Assembly: GCA_036172245.1 (NCBI GenBank) | Contig: JAYWIR010000005.1 | Coordinates: 1,612,001 to 1,676,000 of the forward strand | Reading direction: 5' to 3' | Source: Raillietiella orientalis | Lineage: Eukaryota | DNA: 64,000 nt | Shown here: positions 1-12,173 of the stretch, piece after piece | How the letters are laid out: every line of letters starts with the position of its first letter | Numbering within the stretch: the stretch's first letter is position 1 | The notes under the pieces: model-generated | What the model was told of the DNA's origin: nothing | Seen by the model: only the letters and a program-made list of their open reading frames with translations | Database searches by the model: none | Made by a program: the position numbers and the translations under genes

Positions 1-361
1 GGGGACGTGCGCGAACGACAAGAAAGCAAAACCGAGGGAGGCCGAAGGTCGGTTCACAGCCGCCTCCGGCTGCAAGGGAGGGAAACGCTTCGCTGCTCGT
101 CGGTCGTTCGCATGCGCACGCCGCCGTTTGGATCTCACTTGGGGCGCGGGGGCACACGGACCAATGCCGCGGCTCGCATGAACGGGTCCCGGGCTCCCAG
201 AGAGGACCGAACCCACCGCGCTGCCGCAACCCGAGAAATCCGAGAAAGGAAAGCGAAAAATGAAAAGAAGGCGGGCAGGGGATGCGCCCGGCAGGGAAAC
301 GGGGGAAAAAAATCCTCCTCCTCCCTTACTTGCGCCCATACAGGAGTGACCCCCCTATCAG

Positions 362-1320
362 GACTTTCGACCTGACTTCCGCTGGGAAATCGATGACCGC
401 GAACCGAGAGCAGATCCGCCATCGCCACACGTCCACCATTCACCACCAAGCCATCAGGGTGCTGCCGCGTTCTCCTATCCCAGGCGCGTTCGGAATGCTC
501 TGGTGAGTTCCTCCGTTATGCTCAGAGCTGTTTGTAGCGGCCGCCCTCATTGGTTTCTGCTCTCAGTCTGCACACACGCTGTTGCACGAGAGCCGTACAC
601 AATTACAGTTTATGAGCTATAAATAACTATTGTTTATACCGCACATAATGCAGTGGTGGTAACCATTGTTTAAAGCGCAGCGCGGGTTGTGATGGTAACC
701 ATTGTTCAAACTGCAGAAACCGTGGCAAGAACAAATGCCGCAAATAAGTACTAACTGCCACTAATAGTCTCAATCACTTGACCGTTGCAAGGATTAACGT
801 CTGCCAACTGCTAACAGTGTCTGGTCAGCAAACTGCCAAATGTCGTATGAAGCACACGTAAGTCTTTCGCTGCCACTCGGAGAGACGACCGCCCATCCTC
901 ATCATCGCCGGCGGATTCCACTCTGCACGGCTTCCAAGTCCACGTCACCGACGTTCGACGAGAGCGAAAACGAGAGCGAAAGCGGGATTTCCCAGGCAAG
1001 TCGAGAAACGGCACGGGAGCAGCTGTGTCACGGCCGCCGCGCGCTCTTCCACAGAACAGAAGCACGCTCGAGGGACGAGTAAGTTGCGTGCACTCTTCGA
1101 AAAGACTTCTCCCGGCACCCGCGGCCCTTGCACACGTCGCTCTTCACACTGCCCGTGTTCCTTGCTCCTTTTTTTTTCGCTTTCTAGCAGGGGACTCTTC
1201 CGCAGACATGGAGGCGCGACGAGGCGCTCCCGGATACAGAAATACTCCTCCTGTACCGCATGGAAAGATGTGCTGCTGGTGCGGAGCGCTCCTAAAGCAA
1301 GCAGGAATTCAATACGCTGA
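362..1320 (+). CDS. Candidate 3' exons of an unidentified spliced gene that starts left of the window
   Basis: There is an open phase-0 segment 362-502 (TATCAG|DFRPDFRWEIDDREPRAD...RRVRNAL|GTGAGT). Further consensus GTAAGT donors lie at 858 and 1079, and a polypyrimidine tract with a TAGCAG acceptor ends at 1190. No homology was recognised. Confidence 0.3.
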
Positions 1321-3853
1321 GCGAGCGCCGCGTGTGTGCTTTTGGGGAGGGAACGTTTTCCCCCTTGATTGAATTTCGCAGGTTCTTGCAGGGACGAGAG
1401 GAAACTGCCATAAGCGGGACCCCCTGATATTTTAATAGCTTCCCGCGCGTTTCCCGGATCGAGCAGGAGAGCAAGGCTGCTGGCTGCAGCCGCCATTGCA
1501 TTCCTCGGAAATACCGAAGAGGGAGGAAACGCAAATGGATGGTTCAGGGGAAGAATGATTGAATTTCATGATATTTGCCAAGGGACTCAATCAGCAGGGG
1601 TCCTTTCGGGAGGACCACGGTTTGCGGCAGACAGGAGGGATCTCCCGAGAAGGCGGAGGCGAGGCGAGCAATCCAATTAATCTTGAAACATGAGAGCTCT
1701 TCCGACAGGACGCGAGGAGGGGCACTTGCGGGGCGAGGCGGGAGGAAAGCGCCGTCGTGCGGCAGCCGCTCCTCCGTCGTCCAGGACGCTGGTAGCGGGT
1801 GCTTCCGCTCCCGGTCAATCGGCGCTCGGAGGCGCGGACGAAATCCGAACTTGCTGCAGCGCGCGAGCGAGTCGGAGACGCGGTCTCCCCCCCCCCCCCT
1901 CGTCGCCTCCACTTGGAGGAGAAGGAGGGGCAAACCGAGAACAGAGGGCGGGAGGCACGGCGGCGGGAAACCCTGCGGCCCCTCCACTCTTCCACGGATG
2001 TCCGACGGAAGATCAGATGATGCAGCAGCTTTCGCTCCCTTGAGTCCGTCCCTCGGCAACGGCAAGCGGGCAGTCCCTGGAGGCCCCGAAACTCCGGAAG
2101 TGGGGCGGACATGCCTCAGGCCGGAATCACCAGAGTCGCCTCGCGCCCTTCCAGTCCCGACGAGGGAGGGGCAAAAATCGGGAGCAGCCCAATGCCTGGA
2201 GGAGCAGCAACTTCGCCCTGCACCTCGAGGCTGAGAGTGACCACCGCAAACGACTGACCCGGAGCGACGCTGTTCCTACGAGGACTTCGTCCGGCCAGGC
2301 ATTCTCCCGTCTTCAGTTTCCGGCGTGACAGGACTCGCCTTGCGGCGCGTCCAGAGACACGTGGACCCGAGTGGCTTCCTGAACCACAGGGCGCGCTCGT
2401 TACTGCGGTGATGGCCGGCTGCTTCGCCTCCCAAGTCACCTTTGCTGACCTACCCTTCGGGGAGGTGAGGAAAGGGAGATAGGGGGTGGCAGATGCAACC
2501 CTGATGATCGGAGAGAATGGCGGTTCTCTCCCTTCGCTCCTCAGGGAGAATGACGTCACCGCTCGAATTCCGCTCATCGCTTCCTGGCTCTCTAGGGAAC
2601 GGTAGGGGGAGTGTCTTCAGGAGAGCCCCACAGCCGCCCTCGGGTTGCCTACGAGATCGGAAAAAGAGGCAGAGTCCGGATTTGACTCGACCGAGGTTTC
2701 TGGTCGAGGTCCGGCAGGCTGGACGCCGGCAACATCGTCTCGGCTCCGTTTTCAAGGAAACGGGGCACAACGCGGGACAGGCAAGACCTCTCATTCTCTC
2801 CCCGGGATGAGGAGAGAGACGGGTCTTTCAGTTCGAGCTCCATCCAGCTTGACGCTCCTCCAGGATGACACGTTCCCGGAAGGCGCGGCAGCGCGTAACC
2901 TCGGCTGGTTTTCGAGGGGAGAATCTTCGCTCTTCTCTCGGAAGAAAGAGCCTTGGAGCTCATGAGTCCAGCAGAGGGCAGTGGGAGGACGTCCAAGGGA
3001 CCTTGAGGGCACCCTCCCTTCAGGGACCCTGGCTAGGGGACGGGGAACGGGACTTCTGAGGGCGCCGAGGCCGGCCTTCCTCTGCCCCTGGGGGGAGTCC
3101 CCGCGCGTGCCCTCCGACCTCGTCCTCGCCCTGCCGCCGCAGGATTTCTCGCAGGAGGAGATCCCGCAGGCCATCGGAGATGCGGGGCTGGAGGAAGGAA
3201 CGAGCAGCCGCCGTCGGGTCAGGTCGGCGCTGGAGCCCGAGGGAACCGCGGTGTGGCGGTTAGGGGAAAAGTCTTGGCCGGCCCTCCACTGACGGGAAGA
3301 TCCACGGGCAATTTCCCGGAGCATTCAACCGCGGGGGGGGGGGGGAGGCACGGATCGCAGTCTCGAGTCTGCCTCCGGTCAGCCCCTTCCGAGCTCCAGC
3401 GTGCGGATCGCACTGGCGCCGCCAAACTCTCCTCGTTGAGGCTCGAAACCACGCGAGATCTCGACACTTCCGGGAGAAGCGTGCAAAAGGAACCTTATCC
3501 TCCGGCGCGGATGAGGGGGGGCGGCGGGCCGCCGTCTCCGTGATTCCCTTCTTCGACGCTCCCTGTCCCGCCTTACGCGGAACACCGACGGCAAAGTCGG
3601 GGCCGCACAGTCCTTCGAGCCGTTCGGAGACGCCGGCACGGCGAGAAGGAGCTCGGCCGCGCGCGCTCGCGTGTTGCCATGGTAGTCCTTCCGGGTCGTG
3701 CCGCCGGAAGCGGGGCTCTCACCCACGATGCGATCGGGAAAGCACGGACGTGGCAACGCTCCAGCTTCCGCTCGAGCCTGCCAGCGGGTCGAGCACACTC
3801 TCCTTCCCATCGCCCGTTCCTGGAGGAACTTCCGCCCTTCCGGGGGCCAGCAC

Positions 3854-5381
3854 CGAGGGCAAGGAAGCCGTGCTGGTTTAGTCTGGCGACCCAATTCGAT
3901 GTGGAATGCAGAGTATGCGTCAACCAGAGAGGTGCAGCGCCTTCCCTCCTCGCCGCCTCAGGGAATCGCTAGGAAGCCCCTGCGGTCTGCCTCCCTTGCT
4001 CGGGATCTGCCGACGTCTCGAAGGGTTTCCTTCTCGTCCTCCATCCCCCCTTCCCTTTTCTTCATTTCCTCCCCTTTCAGCGATCCCCTTTTGACCCCTC
4101 CGCTTCCGGGAGCTTTCCCGCACCCAGGAACTCTCTCGAGAAGCCCCAGGAGACCGCGGAGCTCCTCAGACCTCGGCGAAGCTTCGACAGGTCTCCTCCT
4201 TGGCTCCAGAGGGCGTGCTTCCTCTCTCTGTAGAGAACCCGGCGGTGAGATTCCGGCGTCGACCGCGGAGGAGTGCCGGCATTAGACAGTCCCCCTGCCC
4301 CCCTCAGCGGTCGCCTAGCACTCTCAGAGAGGGGGAAAGGAAGGGTCAGTCAGTCGCCTACTACTGACTCAGAAGTCCCTCCAGGGGGTTCTGCTGGAAG
4401 ACTTCCCCACGACGCGAGAAGAGCAGTTGCCACGAAACCGAGGAGGGTTTGGATCCAGGACTGATGACCTGGCGCGGGACGCAGAAACGTTCTCCCGGAA
4501 ATGAGGGCGGCGTTCCGGTGAGAACGAGCACATCTCGCCGCCCGGTCTCCTCCTTCCAGTCGAGAGATCTCCAAGCCCTGAGACTCTCGAAGTGACGTCA
4601 TCAGGAGAGAGAGGAGATAGGGGAGAGAGCAGCTTAGGGAAAAACGAGCAGAGGCACCCCTCTCCAGCCGGGAAGGAAGCCGGCGCCATGGGAACGGACA
4701 CCACTTCAACCCCGTTCCACCCTTCCTTCCCGGTCTCCTGAAACCACCCGTCTGCAACCTTCTCTCCTGTGACTTTTGAGGGAAGAAGCACCACGTGTGG
4801 TACAGACATCGCAAAACATCCGGTGGCCTGCGGAACGTCCTTCGGCAGCCACTAAGACACGCAGTAGACTCGAGGTGAGAGTTTGAGGTAGGGATAGCGG
4901 TCTGGCGATTGAAACAGGGAGAGAAGGCTCGTCTCCTTCAGACCCTCCAGGTCCGATGGACCGTGGAACACGGATCCTGGAGGAACAATCAGAGAGATTT
5001 CCGGCTGGCTACGTTTCTGTTGATCGTCCCATCTCCTTTCTTGCCTGGGTTTAGCAGTCTGCAGGTGCAAGAGATCTAAAGGAGAATGGTGGGTGCGTTC
5101 GATCAGTCCTCGGTCTTCATCTTCACCTGTTTCCCCTCCCCGACCAACTGCTTCCGCAAGCTCTCAGGAGAACTCGCCTGGCCAGATCATTGCAGTGATG
5201 TCTCGACTGAAAGTTCCTCCTCCTTTATTTTATTTACTATTTTGTGTTCTCTTAAATTCCTTCCACGAGATCCCTTATCACCTCTGCTGCCGCAATCGAG
5301 GGCAAGGAAGCCGCGCTAGTTTAGTCTGGCGACCCAATTCGGTGTGGAATGCAGAGTATGCGTCAGCCAGAGAGATGCAGC
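3854..5381 (+). repeat. 85-bp direct repeat pair (3854-3938 and 5297-5381)
   Basis: CGAGGGCAAGGAAGCCG(T/C)GCT(G/A)GTTTAGTCTGGCGACCCAATTCG(A/G)TGTGGAATGCAGAGTATGCGTCA(A/G)CCAGAGAG(G/A)TGCAGC occurs twice, differing by five transitions. Confidence 0.92.
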
Positions 5382-5554
5382 CGTCCCTCTCGAGAAAGTC
5401 TCCCTGCACCACCAGTACGATCCGATCTGTCCCCGTCCCGCCGCTGGGATCTCGCTGAGATTTCCGATCAGTCAGCAGAACGACTTATCTCAGCTGCCGG
5501 GATTCTTGTGAACAGCAGAAGCACAGCCGCACAAGCACCGATGCTGCCGCGTGC

Positions 5555-5713
5555 AAGCGGCGGCGCCTCTCCCACGACAAAACCACCATTGTTGCAGCGC
5601 GAGGCGGCGCCTTCCCTCGCCTTGCATACATTGTTGTCCCTAGCTGGCGGTGGCGCCTCCCTCACGACAAAAGCACCATTGTTGCTGGAGGCGCCTCTCC
5701 CACGACATTGTTG
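5555..5713 (+). repeat. Degenerate minisatellite, about four units ending in CATTGTTG
   Basis: GGCGCCTC(T)CC..CACGACA...CATTGTTG blocks recur with a period of roughly 30-50 bp. Confidence 0.75.
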
Positions 5714-7936
5714 ACGTGTTACCAACAGCAACGAGCAGCCCGAGTTCTCGCTCCTACCTTGAGCTTCACCTGAACTCTCAAGTTCTCCCCGGTCCCTCTC
5801 CAGTTGCTCAAAGAATGATCTGCGCGCATAATACGCTTCCGTCAGATCGAAAGAAGAGGAGTGAATCCCGGAAGCTACGTTGCTCCGGAATCTCCCTACT
5901 TCCCTGCTCCGACGACGACGACGACAAGACTCCCTCGCCGAGAGGAGTTCGGCCACCGGTCTGATCCCCGGCTTGCTCTGCCTCTTCCCAACTGCCAGCA
6001 GACAGCCGCCGATCCCCTGCCTCCTCGAGCCCTTACTCCCGAGAGCGATGTCTGCAGCGGCCAGAAAGTACGCTGGGAGGTGTCGAATCTGCACGAACAA
6101 CGGGCAGAGCCCATGTGGAGGATTCTCTGGAGCTGCGGGAACCACGAGTTCTTCTCGGTTCGCGCAGGGAACCACGGGATCCCGGGATGGACAGCGAACC
6201 CGGGTCGGTTCCTTTGAGTGCCTGGAGGTCCCTGCAGGCGGGCAAGATGCGATAGCAGGTAGGAGCCCCGGGTTCGCGTCGCAGTGCGAAACTTGGATCC
6301 AGGACGGCTGATTGGCCGCGACGGGAAGGAGGACTGGCTGATGCCCAAGAGGAAGGATCTCCGGGAAGAGAACAGAGAGAACAGCCTGAGACTGAGATTT
6401 GCCCTCGATCCTCTCGCTGACCTCTGAGAACGCTTCCCGGAAGCGGCAGAGCGAAGATGCCCGCGCATGGACTCCGGACGAAAGGTGTTGCTGGCGGCAG
6501 GCGCGCAGTCCTCGCTATCGGAGGCGCCCTATCACTCCTGCTTCCCATCCCCCCTCGTCCCTCTGTCTGCTCAGTGGAAATCCCCGCTCTGCGGCGTCCG
6601 GAAGGAGGGATTTCACCTGTGGCCTTCCGAATTCCTTCCTCCCCCCTTCTCGGAACGGAGACCCCACGGGCGGTAGCCCTCCTTGAGCCGCTCCCGAGAG
6701 CGACAAGTCCCGAGCGAACTGCTCGAGGAAAGGGAGAGCGAGGGAATCCCCCCGAGGACCACCGTGGCCGCCACTTCCTTACCTGGAGAGGCGACTGCAT
6801 TTCGGATGACTTCCTTCCGGGAGACGCGGCCAAGAGACAGGAGCACCCCATCGGGAGAGCGGGTGGAGTGGAGGGCGGGGTGGGAGTGACGTGTCCGGGA
6901 GCCTTCCGTCCCTGCCTCCGGCGTGTCCCTCGCTGGAACGGAGGGCAGGAGGAACGCCTCAAGACGCGAGCCGAGAGGGCAGGCTGGCGGCGGGGAAGGG
7001 GAGTAGGAAGGGTGGAGGAGCAGCCACCAGCACTGAGGCGAGCTGTGACGCCCGGGGAGAAGACCGCTCGGCTGCTGCCACGCTCGGGAGTCCTCTGACT
7101 GAGGCGGCGGCGGCGGATCGGCAAGCTGGCGGCAGCGGCGGGCGCGCAGCCCCCGCTATCGGAGGCGCCTTCCTCGCAGATAACGTATCGACAGGCACAC
7201 TCATGCTGCAGCGGGTGCGTCCGTCCACCCGGCGCAAAAAGGAGGGGGGGAGGGGGGGAGGCAAAAAAAAAGGAAAAGGAAAAAAAAAAGGGAAAACCAC
7301 GCGTACGGCACGGACCACGACCGTTGGGGAGTGCATGGGACGGCGGGACGGGCGGTCTCCGCGTCCGTCTTCCCGCGCGAGGAGCGGCAACCGCGCGCCC
7401 TTCGAGGAACGTCCGTTCGTCCATCCGACCGTCGCGGAAGGAGCAGCAGCAGCGTCCGCATGCCCGCCTGCGCCAACGGCGTCTTTCCGTCTTCCCCCGC
7501 AAGGATCTGTTCTCGAGGCAGGCAGCAGTAAACGATGAGGCAAAACAGAAAGTGGGAGCGTCCCTTCCCCCTCCTTCCTCTCTCTCTTCCTAGGTTTTTC
7601 TTTCGTTCTTTCGTTTTTCTCCCTGTCCGCTAGTTGCCTCGTGTGGCGCGGGAGGCGAGAAAGACGGAGGTGGTTCTCGCCCTGCTCCCCAGGATGGGTA
7701 AAAATCTTCGGGAGTGAGTTCGCCCGCTTGGGCGTGGCCTCCCGCGCGCCCTCCGTGATGGATTCCCCGGACGACCTCACGAGAAAAAAGGCCGGGAAAG
7801 GGGATGGGACAGGACCAGCAGGGTCCTCCCTGAGCAGAACATCAGGGAGGGGGGGGGGTTCCTGGAAGGCTTCCTCATCCAAACTGGCTGCTACGTCCTC
7901 GCTGTCCCAGGAATGGTCGCCGAAGCAAGGGCGAAC

Positions 7937-8304
7937 GTGGGGAGCGTCCGGTGCTGCCCTCTCGCGCGACCACTCGGCAAAGCTGCAGAGGTGAAGAGGC
8001 ACACACGCAGCACTCGCGAACAGCTCTCCCTCCCCGTTGCTGGGAGGTCACATCCCGCGTAGGCGACGCTCCCCACTCCCGCCGTCCCGATCGCGAGGGA
8101 TACACCGGAGCAGGAGAGTGGGGCGCTCCGAGGATGACCACTCCTCTCTGCTGCCGGAGCAACGGAGGGGTTCGCGGACGGTACGCTCCTCCATCCCAGC
8201 AACGGGGAGGGAGAGCTGCTCGCGAGTGCCGCGTGTGTGCCTCTCCACCTCTGCAGCTTTTCCGGGTGCCGGGGAGAGGGCAGCACCAAACGCCGCCGCC
8301 CCAC
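7937..8304. repeat. Inverted repeat, ~110-bp arms (7937-8045 and 8194-8304), foldback/MITE-like
   Basis: AAAGCTGCAGAGGTGAAGAGGCACACACGCAGCACTCGCGAACAGCTCTCCCTCCCCGTTGCTGGGA pairs with TCCCAGCAACGGGGAGGGAGAGCTGCTCGCGAGTGCCGCGTGTGTGCCTCTCCACCTCTGCAGCTTT. Confidence 0.9.
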
Positions 8305-8339
8305 CGCGGCAGCCTCTCCGAGCGCCAGCGAAAGGGAGG

Positions 8340-8870
8340 GCCCTGGAGAGCGCGTTGCGCGCGCTTCATGCGATCCACGTACACGTCCGCTTGCGTGCCG
8401 CATGTGCACGCGCAGCGGGGAAGCCCACTGCAACACGTGCCCCGGATCCGCCAGCACGTGCGTACATGTGTGCTTGGGGTCCGCGCGTGCACGCAGTGTA
8501 CTCACGCATGATACAGTTCGTGCTGTACAGCGTGTAAACACCGTGCCTTGCATGCCGTGCGCTGTTTGGTGCATTGCACGGTTTGCATTCTGCACTGCGC
8601 GCACACTATACAATCTGCGCTCCACGTACCTCGTTGTGTATTGCACGCGCGCTGCACAATTCGTGGTGTGTATTGTGCATGCGCCTTGCACCCCGCCTCG
8701 TGCGTTGTGGGTGCATCGTACACCTTGCGTCCTGCACACTGTGCAATCCATGCTGCATATTGCACCTGCATTTCTTAATCCGCGTTGTGCGCTGTACCAC
8801 CGTACAGTGTACAACTTGCACACTTACAGTGGCGCACGAGGGCGTGCGCGTGCATCTCTAATTGCGAAAA
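8340..8870. repeat. Low-complexity TGCA/GTGC/TACA-rich tract of alternating purines and pyrimidines
   Basis: Dense TGCA, GTGCAC, TGTACA and GCGC words with a loose ~7-nt period; it gives spurious Cys/His-rich ORFs. Confidence 0.8.
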
Positions 8871-10734
8871 CCGTGATAGGCGTGCAAACGTACAGACTCC
8901 CGCGGAATGTACGCTGGCGGCGTGGTGAGGGGGTTTGCCTCGCGACCTCCCATGCGCACGGGGTCCGCCCTCGCCTCGCCCCGCGCAGCGAGGGAAGCGG
9001 CCTCGAGCGCACGCTTATGACGTCACCCGCCGGCGGCGGAGGTGCGGAGCGACCGTCCGGGGGCAGCACGGCAGGCAGGAACCGTCCGGGTGGGCCGGGG
9101 CAGGAGATGCGGGACAGAGGGAGCTGCCGTCGTCGTCTGGCGAGGAAAGGAGACTTCCCGCCCGGCGGCGGTTCGCGCCATCGTCTCCGCGGGCAGGGGG
9201 CGAAGGAAACCAACGAGGCAGGCCCTACTTTTGCACGTCCGTTTGCGCTGCGGCCGCGCCTCCCCACCACGCGAGAGAGGAATGACGGCGGCGTGCGCCC
9301 TCTCTCGCGGCGTCCAGCGAAGGAAGGGCACCTGCCTCTCCTCCTCCGGGAAACGCCCTCTTCCTGCCCGATGAACGCCGGGAAAGAGGGGACAACTCTC
9401 CTGCTCTGCGGATGACCGACACCAGAAGGTCCACCTCAGCGCCCCGCTTCGGGAGGGGCGTCGTTCCCGCCTAGCTCCTTGGGGAACGGGGCATCAGGAC
9501 CGGGCGCGGCTGCTGAGCTCGGAGCAGCCGCGTGCGCTGGAGGAGACGCCGGCGTGCAGGAGACCAGGAAGGCGTGGAAGAGGAGGGCGAGACAAAAACG
9601 GGCGCGTTCGTCTTTGTGAGGCGGCGGCGCTGCTTGCGCGCCGAGCACACCGCCGTCCTCCAGGCACGACGAAACTCCGGCTGCTCCCCCCCCCCTCGAC
9701 ATGCGCGCCCGACCTCCTCCTCCTCCGCCGCCGCCGCCTCCGCCACCGCCCACCAGCCCACGCGAGAGAGGGGTTTGGCCTCCCCCCCTCGGCAAAATGT
9801 TGTTCTTGTTGGCAACTCCCATCCTCCCCGCCTTTTCGCTCGCCAAGCCGAGGGAGGGGGCGAGGAAAACAAAATATTTTTTTTGGTTAGCTTTCCCCGG
9901 GAGTTGCGGGAGCCTTCGCGACCCGTCCGCTGGCACCACGTGGCGCCTGGTTCGCCTGCAAACGCTCGTCGTTGTCCATGACTGTTTTCGAGAAGGTTCG
10001 AGCGCCGCGGCGAAGCGGATGCGCAACAATGCTCCTCCTCCTCCTTCCTTCCTCGAGAGCAGGCGCGCCCCTAGCGACGGCGGAAACACCAAGCAGTCAG
10101 GACGTCTTGTCTCGGAATCGAATTTCGGTGTGCCCGGATGCGAGCACCCGGGGAAGGGTGGCAGGCAGGAGGACGGACACACCCCAACGACGAAGGCGCC
10201 ACTTCGCGAACGCATTCGGCGCGCGCCCTCTTTCAAGGTCCCAGCACATGGCACGCAGCCTCCCGCAGATTTGGAGGCGTCCGCCCCAGCTGACGCCGCG
10301 CCGCCACCTTGCGGCCACGGGGATATCGGACTGTGCCCCACCCCCATCCCTCCGATGGGTGTTCGAGGAAGATCGCTGTGGGGTGCAAAGCTGGGGGAAA
10401 GGGGGAGCGAGGACTGAGAAGCCGACGGAGGCATCGCCGCAGGAGACACCCAAGTGGGGCGGCGGGTTGACTGACTTCCCTTCCCGAACGTCCCGTCCCC
10501 TCGTGCCCGCATGCACGTTCCCGGTGCGCCCCCCCTTTCGAAAGAAACCGCTCGCCCTGCGCTCCCGCGCAATTCCTCGGGCTGGAGCCACTGTTGCGAA
10601 CGGTGCGCTGCACGCATGCGCGCCCGGGCAGTGATTCCGACTTGACCCCGCTAGGAGCGCGTATGTGCATGGGGGGAGGGGAAGGCATTGTTGCGCGTCC
10701 GCTTCGCCGCGGCGGCCCTTCTCGAAAAACAGCC

Positions 10735-11010
10735 ATGGCTGACGGCGAAGCGTCACTGCCGGATGAGGGCACGCCCGTGCGGGACATGGAAGGGGTGCTG
10801 AGAGTCCTCGGGGAAGTGGAGGGCGGCGTCTGCTCGTCGGCCCGTGCGCTGGCGGAGATGCAGGAGCAGCTGGACGCGCTCGACGCCCTGATCGAGGAGT
10901 GCGCGCTCGGCCTGGACGCGCTGGAGTCCGCCGAGCTGCCGTTCCCGGCGGGAAAAGAGGACGACAGCGACTTCCCGTTCGTCTTCTCCACCTCCTCGGA
11001 GTCCGAGTGA
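10735..11010 (+). CDS. Hypothetical 91-aa acidic, probably coiled-coil protein (single exon or last exon)
   Basis: Start context is GCCATGG. Third codon positions are mostly G/C. The composition is Leu/Glu/Asp-rich and Arg/Pro-poor, unlike the surrounding spurious ORFs (MADGEASLPDEG...ALAEMQEQLDALDALIEECALGLDALES...FSTSSESE*). AATAAA lies at 11051-11056. Confidence 0.6.
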   Translation: MADGEASLPDEGTPVRDMEGVLRVLGEVEGGVCSSARALAEMQEQLDALDALIEECALGLDALESAELPFPAGKEDDSDFPFVFSTSSESE

Positions 11011-11050
11011 GCCGCGATGCCAGCAACGCCGGCGCGGCGCCCTTTCGGGG

Positions 11051-11056
11051 AATAAA
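11051..11056 (+). promoter_or_regulatory. Probable polyadenylation signal of the 91-aa ORF
   Basis: AATAAA 40 nt after the TGA at 11010, running into an A-tract. Confidence 0.4.
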
Positions 11057-11859
11057 AAAAAAAAACAGGAGAATCCGTTCCCGCCCACCCCCACGTTTTC
11101 CTTTGAATGAGGGTGGCGCCCACGACGATTGCCTCCCGGCAGGGAGACGCCCGCGCCTTCCGTCGCCCATGGCAGAGTGGCGGCGAGAGCTGGCAGGAAC
11201 TTCCTTGCGGCGGCAACAGGGAGCGCGAGCCCCGAGTAGCCTCCTGCCCAGCAGACTGCTTCGCTCCAGAGATGGCGGCACTTCCATTATCGCTCCACAA
11301 GAGCCTCCACTACTGCCCGGACTCCTCCACCGCGCTACCGCCTTCCAAGAAGGCTTCACTCTGCTCTTCCTACCTCCCTTCACCCCTTTCGCCCGTTGCT
11401 CTGCCTCCTCCCCATAGCGTGCGCCCCTCTTCACACAAGGTTGTAGCAGAGGCAGGGCCATGTCGTCAGGAAGCAGAAAGGGTGCTTCGGGACTTCACGG
11501 GGGGGGGGGGGGAGACGAGCTAGTCGCTGGTAGTTGGGACAGGCGGAGCGTCGATCGCCCGACGGTGGCACCTCGTGCGCGGTTGCTGGGTAATGCGACG
11601 GGGAGGGGGGGGGGGGAAGACGCCGGCGATCCATCCGTCGTCTCTAGCCCGGGACTTTTCCGCCCACCCCGCGATTATGGTCAGGCAGGCAGGCAAAGGG
11701 AACCAAAGCGTGGGGGTCCCTCTGACTCATCTTCTTTCTTTCTTTTTTATTCCCGCGGCGGCCCGGTGCGGATGCTGCGGGCGAGTCCGCGGAAACGACG
11801 CGGTGGCTGCTGGAGCTGGGACCGCGGGATCCATCCCTGCTATCGGTGGCAGCGGGCGA

Positions 11860-12173
11860 TCAACCCCAGTTCACTTCCTCCTCCTCCTCCTCGTCCCCGT
11901 CCCGGGCGGCGTCAGAGGCGTCCTCCAAGAGCCGTGAGGGCGCATCCCTCCGCCCCCCTCCTCGCGGCCCCCGCAGACCTGGTAGAACTGCAGCTGCCCC
12001 GCGTCGCCGAGGTCCTCTGGGAAGGGGAGGGATACCGAGTGGCGCCCCTTCCTGGACGGAACGCGGTCCTCCGGACTTCCCGCCGGTGGCGTGGAGTCCC
12101 TGGGATGCCGGTCGGTCCGCCTCGCCCGGGAGCCCCAGGACTCCTTCAGGTTGCTGTCCGACTGTCCCACGAC
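11860..12173 (-). CDS. Tentative C-terminal exons of the REEP gene (12173..11979, then a last exon ending at TGA 11860)
   Basis: A TTGCAG acceptor at 12174-12179 opens a 195-nt phase-0 segment (VVGQSDSNLKESW...RKGRHSVSLPFPEDL...QFYQ) ending CAG|GTCTGC. RHSVSL loosely recalls the REEP1-4 RSxSM motif. An acidic tail DASDAARDGDEEEEEEVNWG* follows, but it needs a weak GAG acceptor. Confidence 0.4.

Larger units (their letters stand above)
1550..7100 (+). mobile_element. Cluster of decayed retroelement-like fragments
   Basis: Internal similarity (TTGGATCCAGGAC.G.TGA..TGGC at ~4449 and ~6293, plus the 85-bp direct repeat) and weak APE-like words (LMIGEN cf. ILGDFN; SSLTL cf. S.IDL). Confidence 0.25.

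Noticed and set aside
3867..3938. tRNA-like start GCCGTGCTGGTTTAGTCTGG
   Set aside because: No cloverleaf, anticodon arm or correctly spaced B-box could be built.
5555..5713. Repeats with variable intervening sequence, superficially CRISPR-like (also 33474-33625)
   Set aside because: The units are degenerate, there are no unique constant-length spacers or cas genes, and the context is eukaryotic.
6033..7502. 489-aa minus-strand ORF and similar long overlapping ORFs
   Set aside because: No recognisable motifs, and ORFs are open in several frames at once, which is typical of GC-rich non-coding DNA.
8237..9415. Cys/His-rich 392-aa ORF resembling a metal-binding protein
   Set aside because: The Cys/His/Val/Ala bias appears in all frames and comes from TGCA/CA-type low-complexity DNA.
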